Assembly: GCA_001899175.1 (NCBI GenBank)
Contig: MKVH01000003.1
Span: 309,735 to 373,734, forward strand
DNA from: Candidatus Kapaibacterium thiocyanatum
GTDB taxonomy: Bacteria > Bacteroidota > Ignavibacteria > Kapaibacteriales > Kapaibacteriaceae
DNA: 64,000 bases
Direction of reading: 5' to 3'
Positions 34,403 through 44,742 of the stretch are shown here, one piece after another. The notes under the pieces are model-generated. The model had not been told where the DNA came from, ran no database searches, and saw nothing but the letters and a program-made list of their open reading frames with translations. Each line of letters begins with the position of its first letter. The first letter of the stretch is position 1. Made by a program: the position numbers and the translations under genes.

Positions 34403-36088
34403 CTATTGTCCCATTGCCCGTGCCACGATGCGATCCACACCGGCACCTTTCAGGCCGTTCGTGACGCCGATGATCTTCCCTTCGGGATTCACGACGATGA
34501 TCTTCGGCAATGTGGCCACTTCGAAGAGTTCGGCAGGAGGACTCTTCCATACACCGGGCAGATGGACATGTTGCCAGGGCATTTCGGGTCCGTTCTTCCG
34601 GAAGTTCCTGACGGCCTGCGGATCGCTGTCGAGCGAGATGCTGACGATCTGGAACTGGGGACCTTCGAATTGACGGTAGAGCTTCAGCAGGGAATCGCGC
34701 TCCTCGACGCAGGGGCCGCACCATGTGGCCCAGAGATCGATGAGGACGAACTTGCCTTTCAGCGACGAGCCCGTGATGGACTGCTTGGGTTGCTCGAAGT
34801 CCGGGAAGGTGAAGGCCGGAAGGGATTTGCCGACGACGATCTCCGTACGCGGTACGTAGGAGAGTCGTGCACTCGTGGTGAAATGGTTGTAGGGGTGGTT
34901 CTCCACAAGTTGTCGGAAGAAGGTGACCTGCCTGAGCGTGTCGTGGTGGTCGGCGGCATGCCCGACCAGGAAGTACAGGGCTGCCGGACGGACGTCGACG
35001 GCCATGTTCTGTGTCGCCACGCGCTCGAGGTAGGCCCGCGTGTCGGCATTGCCGCCCGAGGCCTTGAGCAACGTGCCCAGGGCGGTCGGATAGGCCGACC
35101 ATGCGATCGAGGAAGGAGGGATGGAGGTAGCGAAACCGATGGCCTTGCCCACCTGCTGCTGGTCAAGGCTGCCCGACAGTTCCACGTAGGAGAGCATCCG
35201 CAGCGTCATCAGTTCGCGCTGGAAGTCGTCCGTCTGTTTCGCATAGGCCTCGACGTCGGCGTCGAGCAGGGTATTCAGCGAGTCGTGGAGTTTGGCGTGT
35301 TCCTCGTATCCCGTCCCGGCGGCGATGAAGGCGTTCTGGAAATTGTAGATCGTCTTTTCGATGGACATCATCGTGGCCACGAGGTCGCGTTCCCGTGCGT
35401 CCATGAGCTTCAGATATCCGGTTCCCTGTGCGATGGGCAGCTTCGAGACGTCGAACGAGACCGTCGTCGTCGGAGCCGTCGTATTGATGACGGAGCGGTA
35501 GTCGCCGGCGCTGTCGTATTCGAGCTCGTCGTACTGGATTCCGTTGATGCTGCGCACTTCGTCCGAGCGCGGTCCGGCGCCCTTGCTTTCGTAGATGACG
35601 ATCTGATAACGCGTCCTCTTCTTCGGCGAGGGGATACTGGCCGAGTAGAGTCCGTTCTGATCGGGGGTCATCAGGATGCCGTTGTCGAACTCGAACCTGT
35701 TGAAGTCGCCGATGATCTGGATGGAGTCGACGTGCGTGCCGGACAGATAGGTCTCCAGTACGGCATCCACGGCCAGCGTGGGTTGCCCGTACAGGAAGAT
35801 GGCATGTCCCACCGGACGATGATGCGGTGCCGTGATGACGATGTAGGCCCTGCCGCGGAACGCCGTCGATATGGTGAAGTTACCCTTGCCATCCACCTGG
35901 GCCGATACGTCGGGGCGACCGTCTTCGCTGTCGCATATATGGACGTCGGCCTTGGGGAAGGGGTGTCCCGTAATGCTTTTCACCGTACCGCTCACAAGGG
36001 TCGCGTCGCCCGCACGTAACGTCCAGGGCAGGAAAAGGATCAGGAGGATCATGAAGAGTAACGGTTTCATTACCGTACCCTTTCTCAA
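34403..36088 (-). CDS. TlpA/ResA-like thiol-disulfide oxidoreductase with a long N-terminal extracytoplasmic region
   Basis: Signal peptide (MKPLLFMILLILFLPWTLRAG). Carboxypeptidase-regulatory-like start (ATLVSGTVKSITGHPFPKADVHI). C-terminal thioredoxin fold with FVLIDLWATWCGPC. The MKPLLF ATG (36070) is an alternative start. Confidence 0.85.
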   Translation of the reverse strand: MRKGTVMKPLLFMILLILFLPWTLRAGDATLVSGTVKSITGHPFPKADVHICDSEDGRPDVSAQVDGKGNFTISTAFRGRAYIVITAPHHRPVGHAIFLYGQPTLAVDAVLETYLSGTHVDSIQIIGDFNRFEFDNGILMTPDQNGLYSASIPSPKKRTRYQIVIYESKGAGPRSDEVRSINGIQYDELEYDSAGDYRSVINTTAPTTTVSFDVSKLPIAQGTGYLKLMDARERDLVATMMSIEKTIYNFQNAFIAAGTGYEEHAKLHDSLNTLLDADVEAYAKQTDDFQRELMTLRMLSYVELSGSLDQQQVGKAIGFATSIPPSSIAWSAYPTALGTLLKASGGNADTRAYLERVATQNMAVDVRPAALYFLVGHAADHHDTLRQVTFFRQLVENHPYNHFTTSARLSYVPRTEIVVGKSLPAFTFPDFEQPKQSITGSSLKGKFVLIDLWATWCGPCVEERDSLLKLYRQFEGPQFQIVSISLDSDPQAVRNFRKNGPEMPWQHVHLPGVWKSPPAELFEVATLPKIIVVNPEGKIIGVTNGLKGAGVDRIVARAMGQ

Positions 36089-36208
36089 ATTAGGTTGTAT
36101 CTCTTGCCGTTCCCTATCGTGCCCATACTATCCGGAACGACCTGAGCGGTAAATATATCTACTTACGTACTACTACGCAAAGTCGCGATATCAACAGGGT
36201 GGGCGCCC

Positions 36209-36670
36209 CTACCCCGCGACCCGGCGTGCGCCGACATATCGTTGCCGCCAATATACGTCCGACAGGGATGTGATGATCACGCCTTTCGACGTGCTCGAAT
36301 GGATGAATCTGTCCTCTCCGACGTAGATGCCTACGTGGGAAATGCGGGAGCCACCGGTGCGGAAGAAGACAAGGTCGCCCGGCTGCAGGCCGGCTTTCTT
36401 CACGGCCACGCCGGCAGCGTACTGTTCTTCCGATCTCCGGGGGAGTGCGACGCCGGCACGGCCGAAGCAGAAGGACACGTAACCCGAACAGTCGAAACAG
36501 TCGGGAGTGGTACCCGCGGAACAGTAATCGGTCCCGAGAAGATCTTCTGCTTCCTCGAGGACGCGGACGATGACGGGATTCGACGATCGCGACGCGATGC
36601 GCGACGTCGAACATGCCGACAGGATCAATCCGAGCAGGAGAATCAGGACGATGGACGAGCGTCGGATCAT
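36209..36670 (-). CDS. NlpC/P60 (C40) family peptidoglycan peptidase lipoprotein
   Basis: Lipobox LGLILSAC. Catalytic signature DCSGYVSFCF...GDLVFF......SHVGIYVGEDRFIHS. The start ATG overlaps the oxyR TGA (ATGA at 36667-36670). Confidence 0.9.
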   Translation of the reverse strand: MIRRSSIVLILLLGLILSACSTSRIASRSSNPVIVRVLEEAEDLLGTDYCSAGTTPDCFDCSGYVSFCFGRAGVALPRRSEEQYAAGVAVKKAGLQPGDLVFFRTGGSRISHVGIYVGEDRFIHSSTSKGVIITSLSDVYWRQRYVGARRVAG

Positions 36671-37605
36671 AGGACAGGCGGTACGATACGGTTCTTCGTG
36701 CGTTGGGGGAAGTCCCCGGGCAGACTCCCGACGATCTCCTTGCGGAGACCATCGAGCAGGCGCCGCTTCAGTGCCGATCGATGGCATACGAGGCTGATCT
36801 CGCGTGCCGGAGCCGACGGGGCGAAGCGACGAACGAGACGTCGCTGGCGTGCATCGAGCGTATCGAAGGCGAGCTCGGGAACGATCGTGACGCCACCGCA
36901 GGTATCGACCATGCGGATGAGCGTTTCGATGCTACCGGCGTCGTAGTGCAGCGAGCCATGCTCCGCACGTTCACGTATCGTGCAGATCTGCGTCATCTGT
37001 GAACGCATGCAATGGCCTTCCTCCAGAAGCCACATACGGTCCGTGACGAGGTCCTTCGGACGCACCACCGACTTGTCGCCGCGTACGGCATCCGCCGATG
37101 CGTAGGCGAAGAATTCCTCACGGAACAGGGCCTCTTCCCGGAGGGAGGCGTCGTCCAGCGGTGTGGCGAGGATGGCGCCGTCGAGACGGATCGTCTTGAG
37201 GCGTTCCACGATCTCCGTCGTTGTGATCTCCGTGAGCGTCAGCCGTACGTTCGGATACCGTTCCAGGAACGAGGGCAGGAAGCGCGGTACGAGGTACGGC
37301 GCGAGCGTCGGAATGATGCCGATGCGCAACTCGCCCGAAAACGTTCCGTGCTGTGCGTGCGAGTTCTCCTTCAGCCTGCTGGTTTCGTGCAGGACGACAC
37401 GGGCCTGGTCGATGACGGCCTTGCCTTCGTCGGTGGCCACCACCGGCGCCCTGCTTCTGTCGAATATCACGATGCCCAGTTCGTGTTCGAGCTTCTGGAT
37501 CTGCATACTCAGCGTGGGCTGTGTTACGAAACAATGATGCGCTGCATCGGTAAAGCTGTGCCACGTGTCGACGGCGACGATATATTCGAGTTGCGTCAGT
37601 GTCAT
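36667..37605 (-). CDS. oxyR: LysR-family hydrogen-peroxide sensor OxyR
   Basis: HTH MTLTQLEYIVAVDTWHSFTDAAHHCFVTQPTLSMQIQKLEHELG. Redox-cysteine context LLEEGHCMRSQ. Divergent from a catalase gene. Confidence 0.9.
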   Translation of the reverse strand: MTLTQLEYIVAVDTWHSFTDAAHHCFVTQPTLSMQIQKLEHELGIVIFDRSRAPVVATDEGKAVIDQARVVLHETSRLKENSHAQHGTFSGELRIGIIPTLAPYLVPRFLPSFLERYPNVRLTLTEITTTEIVERLKTIRLDGAILATPLDDASLREEALFREEFFAYASADAVRGDKSVVRPKDLVTDRMWLLEEGHCMRSQMTQICTIRERAEHGSLHYDAGSIETLIRMVDTCGGVTIVPELAFDTLDARQRRLVRRFAPSAPAREISLVCHRSALKRRLLDGLRKEIVGSLPGDFPQRTKNRIVPPVL

Positions 37606-37747
37606 CGTTGCGCTCCGATGGCCGATTCAATGAAAGGGATATCGAGAAAATCGATGGATCGATAGAAAGTATCAATTTTCATGATGGAAAGATAAGGCCG
37701 AGTTTGGTCGAAACAATTTCATGTCGATCAATAGAATGGAGTCTGTC
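37606..37747. promoter_or_regulatory. oxyR-catalase divergent control region with three ATCGA(T) repeats
   Basis: AT-rich intergenic region. ATCGA at 37640-37644, ATCGAT at 37649-37654 and ATCGAT at 37657-37662, with GATAGAAAGTATC next to them. Proposed as an operator by position only. Confidence 0.35.
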
Positions 37748-39205
37748 ATGGCATCGAACAAGCGTCTGATGACGACGGCATCGGGACGTCCGATCGCGGA
37801 GAACGAGAATTCGCAGACTGCCGGGCCGCGGGGCCCGGTCCTGCTGCAGGACTACATTCTGCATGAGAAGATGGCCCATTTCAACAGGGAACGCATTCCC
37901 GAACGCGTCGTTCACGCCAAGGGCAGCGGCGCCTATGGCACGTTCCGCGTCACGCACGATATCACGTCCTTCACGCGTGCGAAGCTGTTCGGCGCCATCG
38001 GGAAGGAGACGCCGGTATTCCTCCGGTTCTCGACCGTCGGTGGCGAGAAGGGTAGTGCCGATACGGAACGCGACCCGCGCGGCTTCGCGGTGAAGTTCTA
38101 TACCGAGGACGGGAACTGGGACCTCGTGGGCAACAACACGCCGGTATTCTTCGTGAAGGATCCGAAGAAGTTCAGCGACTTCATCCACACGCAGAAGCGC
38201 GACCCGCGCACGAATACGAAGAGTCCGACGATGGTATGGGATTTCTGGTCGCTGAATCCCGAGAGCCTGCACCAGGTCCTCATCCTCATGAGCAGTCGCG
38301 GCACGCCGTATAGCTACAGGCATATGGACGGATTCAGCAGCCACACGTTCTCGCTGATCAACGACGCGGGTGAACGCACGTGGGTGAAGTTCCACTTCAA
38401 GACCATGCAGGGCATCCGCAACTACAACGATGCCGATGCGCGCACGATGCGTGGTACCGATCCCGACTGGGCACAGCGCGACCTCGTCGAGGCGATCGAC
38501 AGGGGAGACCATCCCCGATGGGCGATGAAGATCCAGATCATGACGCAGGCCCAGGCCAATGCCTTCCCCTGGAATCCGTTCGACATCACGAAGATCTGGC
38601 CCCATGCCGACTTCCCGCTGCACGACGTGGGAGTCCTCGAGCTGAATCGTATTCCGGACAACTACTTCGCCGATGTCGAGCAGTCGGCGTTCGCACCGGC
38701 GCACGTGGTGGACGGTATCAGCTATTCGCCGGACAAGATGCTGCAGGGACGTCTGCTGTCGTATCCCGATGCACAACGCTACCGCCTCGGTACGAACTAC
38801 GAACAGATTCCCGTCAATCGCTGTCCGTTCGCGGCCAACCATCAGCGCGATGGTAAGATGCGTGTGGACGGTAACGGTGGAGGATCGCCCAACTACTGGC
38901 CGAACAGCAGCGAGGACCTCGTTCAGGATACGCGCCGTCCGGATGCCCCTCTCGCCCTCGATGGAGCGGCCGACTGGTACGACCGTAACGGTCCGGGTGA
39001 TGACGACCACTATACGCAGCCGGGTATGCTGTGGCGCAACGTGCTGTCGGCGGACGAGCGCGATCAGCTCGTGGGCAACATCGTATCGTCGATGAAGGGT
39101 ATCGGTGGCCCGCACCGCGATGCCATCGTCAGACGGCAGATCGGACACTTCACGAAGGCGGATGCCGATCTCGGTGCCCGTGTGGCAGCGGGGCTCGGCC
39201 TGTAG
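37748..39205 (+). CDS. katA: Monofunctional heme catalase
   Basis: GPRGPVLLQDYILHEKMAHFNRERIPERVVHAKGSGAYGTF, RFSTVGGEKGSADTERDPRGFAVKFYT, and the proximal Tyr region. GGAG lies 6 nt before ATG 37748; in-frame ATGs at 37721 and 37736 are alternatives. Confidence 0.97.
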   Translation: MASNKRLMTTASGRPIAENENSQTAGPRGPVLLQDYILHEKMAHFNRERIPERVVHAKGSGAYGTFRVTHDITSFTRAKLFGAIGKETPVFLRFSTVGGEKGSADTERDPRGFAVKFYTEDGNWDLVGNNTPVFFVKDPKKFSDFIHTQKRDPRTNTKSPTMVWDFWSLNPESLHQVLILMSSRGTPYSYRHMDGFSSHTFSLINDAGERTWVKFHFKTMQGIRNYNDADARTMRGTDPDWAQRDLVEAIDRGDHPRWAMKIQIMTQAQANAFPWNPFDITKIWPHADFPLHDVGVLELNRIPDNYFADVEQSAFAPAHVVDGISYSPDKMLQGRLLSYPDAQRYRLGTNYEQIPVNRCPFAANHQRDGKMRVDGNGGGSPNYWPNSSEDLVQDTRRPDAPLALDGAADWYDRNGPGDDDHYTQPGMLWRNVLSADERDQLVGNIVSSMKGIGGPHRDAIVRRQIGHFTKADADLGARVAAGLGL

Positions 39206-39220
39206 GAATCGATGACGTCG

Positions 39221-40150
39221 TTACGTCGTTTCCTCTTCCTTCTTCTGGGGGAAGAGGAGCGACGCCACGATGGAGATGGCGAGCACGCCCACGATGACGC
39301 CGAGGGCGATGTCGATGGGCAGCTTGTACCAGTGCTGGATGAACATCTTCACGCCGATGAAGCAGAGGATGACGCTCAGGCCGAACTTCAGGTAGTGGAA
39401 GAGATTCATGACGCCGGCGACGGCGAAGAACAGCGAGCGAAGCCCCATGACGGCGAAGACGTTCGACGTGAAGACGATGAACGTATCGTGCGTGACGCCG
39501 AGGATGGCCGGAATGGAGTCGATGGCGAAGATCAGGTCCGTGAATTCGATGACGACGAGGACGAGGAACAGCGGCGTGAACCATCGCACGCCGTCTTTCA
39601 CGATGGAGAACCGTTCCTGATGGTAGTCGGGGGTGATGCGCAGGAAGCGCTTCGACCACCTGACGATGATGTTGTTCTCGAGGTCTTCGGCCTCTTCCTT
39701 GTCGAAGGCCATCCGTACGCCGGTGATGACGAGGAAGGCGCCGAACAGATAGAAGATCCAGTCGAACTGATGGATGAGCATCGTTCCAAGCGATATCATC
39801 GCCCCGCGCATGACGAGGGCGCCGACGATACCCCAGAACAGGACCTTGTGATGATACTGCGGGGCGACCTTGAAGTATCGAAGTATCAGGATGATGACGA
39901 AGATATTGTCGACCGACAGGGACTGTTCGAGCAGATATCCGGCGAAGAATTCCTTGGCTGGCAGAGCCCCACGTGTGAAGTAGATGAAGCCGTTGAACGC
40001 CATGGCCAGCGTTACCCAGAAGGCTGTCCAGCCCAGTGCCTCGCTCAGCTTCACCACATGGGGCGTGCGGTTGAAGATTCCCAGGTCGAGAGCGAGCAGG
40101 AACAGGACGAGGATGACGAAGCCAGTATAGAGCCAGATATCCGGAATCAT
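39221..40150 (-). CDS. terC: TerC/Alx-family integral membrane protein
   Basis: Start at MIPDIWLY. Motifs AGYLLEQSLSVDNIFV and IFAIDSIPAILGVTHDTFIVFTSNVFAVMGLRSLFF are typical of TerC. Confidence 0.9.
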   Translation of the reverse strand: MIPDIWLYTGFVILVLFLLALDLGIFNRTPHVVKLSEALGWTAFWVTLAMAFNGFIYFTRGALPAKEFFAGYLLEQSLSVDNIFVIILILRYFKVAPQYHHKVLFWGIVGALVMRGAMISLGTMLIHQFDWIFYLFGAFLVITGVRMAFDKEEAEDLENNIIVRWSKRFLRITPDYHQERFSIVKDGVRWFTPLFLVLVVIEFTDLIFAIDSIPAILGVTHDTFIVFTSNVFAVMGLRSLFFAVAGVMNLFHYLKFGLSVILCFIGVKMFIQHWYKLPIDIALGVIVGVLAISIVASLLFPQKKEEETT

Positions 40151-40303
40151 AGGCAGGGGTGATATTGTGAACGACAAACATACGGGGATTCTCTGCATTC
40201 ATATACGAGTGTATCGGGAGGCATGTCCGTGTACGTCCCCCTGGGTATCTTGCCGGTCCCCGAACAGGGCCCAACTTTTTTTGAATCGTCTGGATAGTTC
40301 CCG

Positions 40304-43114
40304 ATGCCCGGTCCCCTGATCCTCATCGACGGCATGTCGCTGGTGTTCCGCGCCTATCACGCGTTGCAGCGCACCGGCATGAAGTCCTCGTCCGGAGAGC
40401 CGACCTTCGCCGTCTTCGCCTTCGCCAACATTCTGACGTCGCTGCTCGACAAGCACAGCCCCGATGCCATCGCCGTGATATTCGATACGAAGGAGCCTAC
40501 CTTCCGTCACCAGATGTACGACCAGTACAAGGCGAACCGCGATGCCTTCCCCGAAGACCTCGTTCCCCAGCTCGACCGCATCAAACGTCTGATCACCCTC
40601 ATGGGCCTGCAGCAGGTCGAACTGCCGGGATACGAGGCCGACGATATCGTCGGGACGATCGCCTGCCGCGAATCGGCCGACGGCCATGAAGTCCTGTGCG
40701 TGACCTCCGACAAGGACTATTTCCAGCTCGTCACGGACAAGGTCAAGATCCTGCGTCCGGGCAAGGACGTCGCCATCTACGATACGTACGATGCCGTACG
40801 CGTGAAGGAGAAGTTCGGCGTCTATCCGGAACATGTCATCGACGTGCTGGCCCTTACCGGCGATGCATCCGACAACGTACCGGGTGTGAAGGGGATCGGC
40901 GAGAAGACGGCCATTCCCCTCGTGGAGAAGTTCGGTTCCGTCGAGGCCATCTACGAACGTCTCGACGAAGTGGAGAGGGAATCGACGAAGAAGAAGCTCG
41001 CCGACAGCCGTGACAATGCCTTCCTCAGCAAGAAGCTCGTCACCATCCATACCGACGTTCCCATCGACGCCAAGCGCATCGCTCTCGTGCGCCAGCCGGT
41101 GGATTTCGCGGCGATCGATGCCTTCTGCGCCGAACTGGGCTTCCATACGCTGCGCAGCCGGTTCCGCAAGGCGGCTCTCGCAGCCGGCGTGGATCTGCTC
41201 GAGGATGCCGCAGATGCACTTGCCGACGAAGCGTCGAGGCTGAGCGACGAAGTCATGCATACGGTCAAGGACACTCCGCACGACTATATTCTCGTCCGGA
41301 CCCATGACGAGGTCGAGGCGATGATGAAGGAGATCGCCACGGCGACGACGGTCTGCTTCGATCTCGAAACGACGTCGCTCGATGCCATGTCCTGCGGTGT
41401 GGTAGGTGTCGCCCTGTCGATCGAACCGGGCAAGGCCTACTATATCGCGGTGGATGATCCCACGGATGCGGCGCCGGAGTCGTTGTTCGTCGACGATTCG
41501 CAGCGGAAGGGCCTGCACGTCTCCGACGTCTTCGCCCGCCTGAAGCCCATGCTCGAAAGCCCGAACGTCGGCAAGGTGGGACAGAACCTCAAGTACGACG
41601 CGCTCATCATGCGGCGTCACGACATCGTCGTCCAGCCTATCGAATTCGACACGATGCTCGCGAGCTACGTGCTGAATCCCGACATGCAGCACGGTATGGA
41701 TGCCCTGGCGCAGCACTGGATGGCATACCGTCCCATTCCCATCACCGATCTCATCGGCGAGAAGAAGGGGCAGCAACTGTCCATGCGTGACATCGATCCC
41801 GAACGCGTCGCCGAGTACGCGGGCGAGGATGCCGACGTCACGCTCAAGCTGATGCACATCCTGAAGCCGAAGCTCGAAGAGGAAGGTCTCATGGATCTCG
41901 CGCGGAACATCGAGTTCCGCACGGAAGAGACGCTCGTGACGATGGAGTACAACGGCATCGCCATCGATACGACAGCATTGAAGGACCTGGCCACGTTCAT
42001 GCGCGACGAGGCCGTGCGTCTCGAGCGCGAGATATGGAACGAAGCCGGCATGGAGTTCAACATCGCTTCGGGCAAGCAGCTCGGCGACGTCCTGTTCGAC
42101 AAGCTCATGCTGCCTGCGGGCAAGAAGACGAAGACCGGATACTCTACCGATGCGTCGGTATTGAGCGAACTGGCCGAGACGTTCCCGATCGCGCAGATGA
42201 TCCTCGACTACCGTCAGGTGGAGAAGCTCCGCTCGACCTACGTGGAATCGCTGCCCCGTCTGATCAATGCACGCACGGGACGCGTACACACGACCTACAA
42301 CCAGACGGTGGCCGCGACCGGCCGTCTGTCGTCCACCGACCCCAACCTCCAGAACATTCCCGTACGCAGCGAACTCGGTCAGCAGATCCGCAAGGCCTTC
42401 GTGCCGCAGCACGAGAACGCCGTGATCATGAGCGCCGACTATTCCCAGATCGAACTGCGCATCATGGCGGCCATCGCCCGCGATCCCAACCTGATGGCCG
42501 CCTTCACCTCCGGCGACGACATCCATTCGGCCACGGCCGCCATCCTCTACGACGTACCCATCGGCGCCGTGACGTCCGATCATCGCCGCACGGCCAAGAC
42601 CGTCAACTTCGGCATCATGTACGGCCTCGGTGCCTTCGGTCTGGCCCAGCGCCTCGGCATCAGCCGCACGGAAGGACAGGCCATCATCGACAACTACTTC
42701 GCCAAGTACGCGGGCATCAAGCGGTACATCGACGATACCATCGCCGCCACGCGGGAGAAGGGCTATGCCACCACGCTCATGGGACGCAGGAGATACTTCC
42801 CTGCGATCAACAGCAGCAACCGCGGTCTGCGTACGGCAGCCGAGCGCGCGTCCATCAACATGCCCATCCAGGGCACTGCGGCGGACATGATGAAGCTCGC
42901 CATGATCCGTGTGCACGACCGCATGAAGCGCGAAGGTCTGCGTTCGCTCCTGATGCTCCAGGTGCATGACGAACTCGTGTTCGAGGCCTATCGTGACGAG
43001 CTGGATGTCCTGCGCATCCTCGTCAAGGAAGAGATGGAAGCCGCACTTCCGCTCGACGGCGTGCCCGTCATCGTGGAAACCGGTGAAGGCGCATCGTGGT
43101 ACGAGGCGCATTGA
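40304..43114 (+). CDS. polA: DNA polymerase I
   Basis: 5'-nuclease (LILIDGMSLVFRAYHAL), 3'-5' exo-like region (CFDLETTSLD), and polymerase motifs A (SADYSQIELRI), B (RRTAKTVNFGIMYG) and C (LQVHDELVFE). Confidence 0.98.
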   Translation: MPGPLILIDGMSLVFRAYHALQRTGMKSSSGEPTFAVFAFANILTSLLDKHSPDAIAVIFDTKEPTFRHQMYDQYKANRDAFPEDLVPQLDRIKRLITLMGLQQVELPGYEADDIVGTIACRESADGHEVLCVTSDKDYFQLVTDKVKILRPGKDVAIYDTYDAVRVKEKFGVYPEHVIDVLALTGDASDNVPGVKGIGEKTAIPLVEKFGSVEAIYERLDEVERESTKKKLADSRDNAFLSKKLVTIHTDVPIDAKRIALVRQPVDFAAIDAFCAELGFHTLRSRFRKAALAAGVDLLEDAADALADEASRLSDEVMHTVKDTPHDYILVRTHDEVEAMMKEIATATTVCFDLETTSLDAMSCGVVGVALSIEPGKAYYIAVDDPTDAAPESLFVDDSQRKGLHVSDVFARLKPMLESPNVGKVGQNLKYDALIMRRHDIVVQPIEFDTMLASYVLNPDMQHGMDALAQHWMAYRPIPITDLIGEKKGQQLSMRDIDPERVAEYAGEDADVTLKLMHILKPKLEEEGLMDLARNIEFRTEETLVTMEYNGIAIDTTALKDLATFMRDEAVRLEREIWNEAGMEFNIASGKQLGDVLFDKLMLPAGKKTKTGYSTDASVLSELAETFPIAQMILDYRQVEKLRSTYVESLPRLINARTGRVHTTYNQTVAATGRLSSTDPNLQNIPVRSELGQQIRKAFVPQHENAVIMSADYSQIELRIMAAIARDPNLMAAFTSGDDIHSATAAILYDVPIGAVTSDHRRTAKTVNFGIMYGLGAFGLAQRLGISRTEGQAIIDNYFAKYAGIKRYIDDTIAATREKGYATTLMGRRRYFPAINSSNRGLRTAAERASINMPIQGTAADMMKLAMIRVHDRMKREGLRSLLMLQVHDELVFEAYRDELDVLRILVKEEMEAALPLDGVPVIVETGEGASWYEAH

Positions 43115-43231
43115 CGGACGTCGACGACGGGCCGGAACCCGTTCCGGCCTGTCGTCCCATGTCTCGCCCTTTTCGGATATTTGCACCGTACTCGCTTCCG
43201 CGAGCAGGCATCCGCAACCCGCGACCAATCC

Positions 43232-44713
43232 ATGACCGTATTCACAGCTCTCATCCTCGGAATCATCCAGGGACTTACGGAATTCATTCCCATTTCGAGC
43301 ACGGCCCATCTCACGATCGCCGCCTCGATGCTGGGAGCCGTGGACCCGAATCATCCCGAGCGGTGGACGGCCTTCATGGCCACGATACAGTTGGGAACGC
43401 TCGCCGCCGTGCTGTTCTACTTCGCAGCCGATATCCGCAACATGGTGATGGCCTTCTTCCGGGAGAACCTCGGCAGTGGCCGCAGGCCCTTCCGTGAACA
43501 GAGTGTCGATGCGCGCCTGGCGTGGATCGTCGTTCTCGGTACGATTCCCATCGTCGTCGTCGGACTCGCCTTCAAGGACTTCATCGAAGGGGCCTTCACG
43601 AAGGACCTCACCGTGATCGGCAGCAGTCTGATCGGTGTGGCCGTCCTGCTCTGGCTCGCCGACCGGCGTGCATCGTTCAGGCGGACGACGGCGGACATGA
43701 ATCTCGTCGACGCCCTCGTGATCGGCTGTGCCCAGGTCTTCGCCCTCATTCCGGGGTCGTCCCGCAGCGGTACGACGATCCTTGCGGGGCTCCTGCGCGG
43801 GCTCTCCCGGGAAAGTGCCGCCCGGTTTTCGTTTTTACTGTCCATTCCTGCAATTTTGGGTGCCGGCGTGCTGGAATTCCTGCACGAGCTGAAGCATCTG
43901 TCCTGGGGTCAGGGCGGTATCGAATTACTGGTAGCTACGATAGCGTCGGGTATCACCGGGTACTGGTCCATCGCATTCCTGATTTCCTATTTGCGCCGAC
44001 GCAGCATGAACGTATTCGTGATGTACAGAATCGCCCTCGGTATCATCGTCCTTCTCTTCCTGACGTCCTGCAGCTCCTCGTCCGATCAGCGTCCTGCCGA
44101 CGTCGTTCCGGAGATGAAGGCGCCGCCGACGAGGCTGACGGATACGACGCCGCAGCCGGCCGTCGTCCAGGACACGGCCGAGATCACGCAGCGCGTCACG
44201 ATGATCACGAGCGAAGGCACGATCGTACTCGGACTGTACGGCAAGGACGCACCGCATACCGTACGCAACTTCGTAGGTCTCGTGCGCAGGAAGTTCTACG
44301 ACGGCATCCTCTTCCATCGGGTCTCGAAGGGCTTCATCGTCCAGGCCGGCGATCCGAAGACGCGCGATGCCTCGGTACGCGCGGAGTGGGGAAGGGGCGG
44401 GCAGACCGCCGACGGCAAGCCACTCAAGGAAGAGCTCGACCAGGTGCTGCCTTCGGCACGGATCGGCTATCAGCCCGGTGTACTCGCCATGGCACGCAAG
44501 CAGGCTGCGGGAACGGGAACCAGCCAGTTCTTCATCTGTCTCGAAAAAGCGTCGGTATTACCCTATCAGTTCACGATCTTCGGACGCGTCCTCGAAGGGA
44601 TGAATGTCGTGGAAGCCATCGGTGCCGTGGATGTCGAGCCCGGGCCGCTCGGCGAGACGGACGGCATTCCACGAAAGCCTATCGTGATACGTTCCATGAA
44701 ACTCAGCGAATGA
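43232..44713 (+). CDS. uppP: Undecaprenyl-diphosphate phosphatase fused to a C-terminal cyclophilin-type peptidyl-prolyl isomerase
   Basis: UppP signatures GIIQGLTEFIPISSTAHL and PGSSRSGTTI over roughly the first 275 aa. A Ser/Pro-rich linker follows (LTSCSSSSDQRPADVV...). Then a cyclophilin domain (GTIVLGLYGKDAPHTVRNFVGL....YDGILFHRVSKGFIVQAGDP...SQFFICL). No stop codon between the two parts. Confidence 0.9.
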   Translation: MTVFTALILGIIQGLTEFIPISSTAHLTIAASMLGAVDPNHPERWTAFMATIQLGTLAAVLFYFAADIRNMVMAFFRENLGSGRRPFREQSVDARLAWIVVLGTIPIVVVGLAFKDFIEGAFTKDLTVIGSSLIGVAVLLWLADRRASFRRTTADMNLVDALVIGCAQVFALIPGSSRSGTTILAGLLRGLSRESAARFSFLLSIPAILGAGVLEFLHELKHLSWGQGGIELLVATIASGITGYWSIAFLISYLRRRSMNVFVMYRIALGIIVLLFLTSCSSSSDQRPADVVPEMKAPPTRLTDTTPQPAVVQDTAEITQRVTMITSEGTIVLGLYGKDAPHTVRNFVGLVRRKFYDGILFHRVSKGFIVQAGDPKTRDASVRAEWGRGGQTADGKPLKEELDQVLPSARIGYQPGVLAMARKQAAGTGTSQFFICLEKASVLPYQFTIFGRVLEGMNVVEAIGAVDVEPGPLGETDGIPRKPIVIRSMKLSE

Positions 44714-44742
44714 CGTCGACACTCGCCCACAACGGAGGTTCC

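Noticed and set aside
43131-43152. Hairpin ggccggaacccgttccggcc after polA as a terminator
   Set aside because: The stem is short, the loop is tiny or ambiguous, and no T-tract follows. uppP starts 80 nt later on the same strand, so read-through is plausible.
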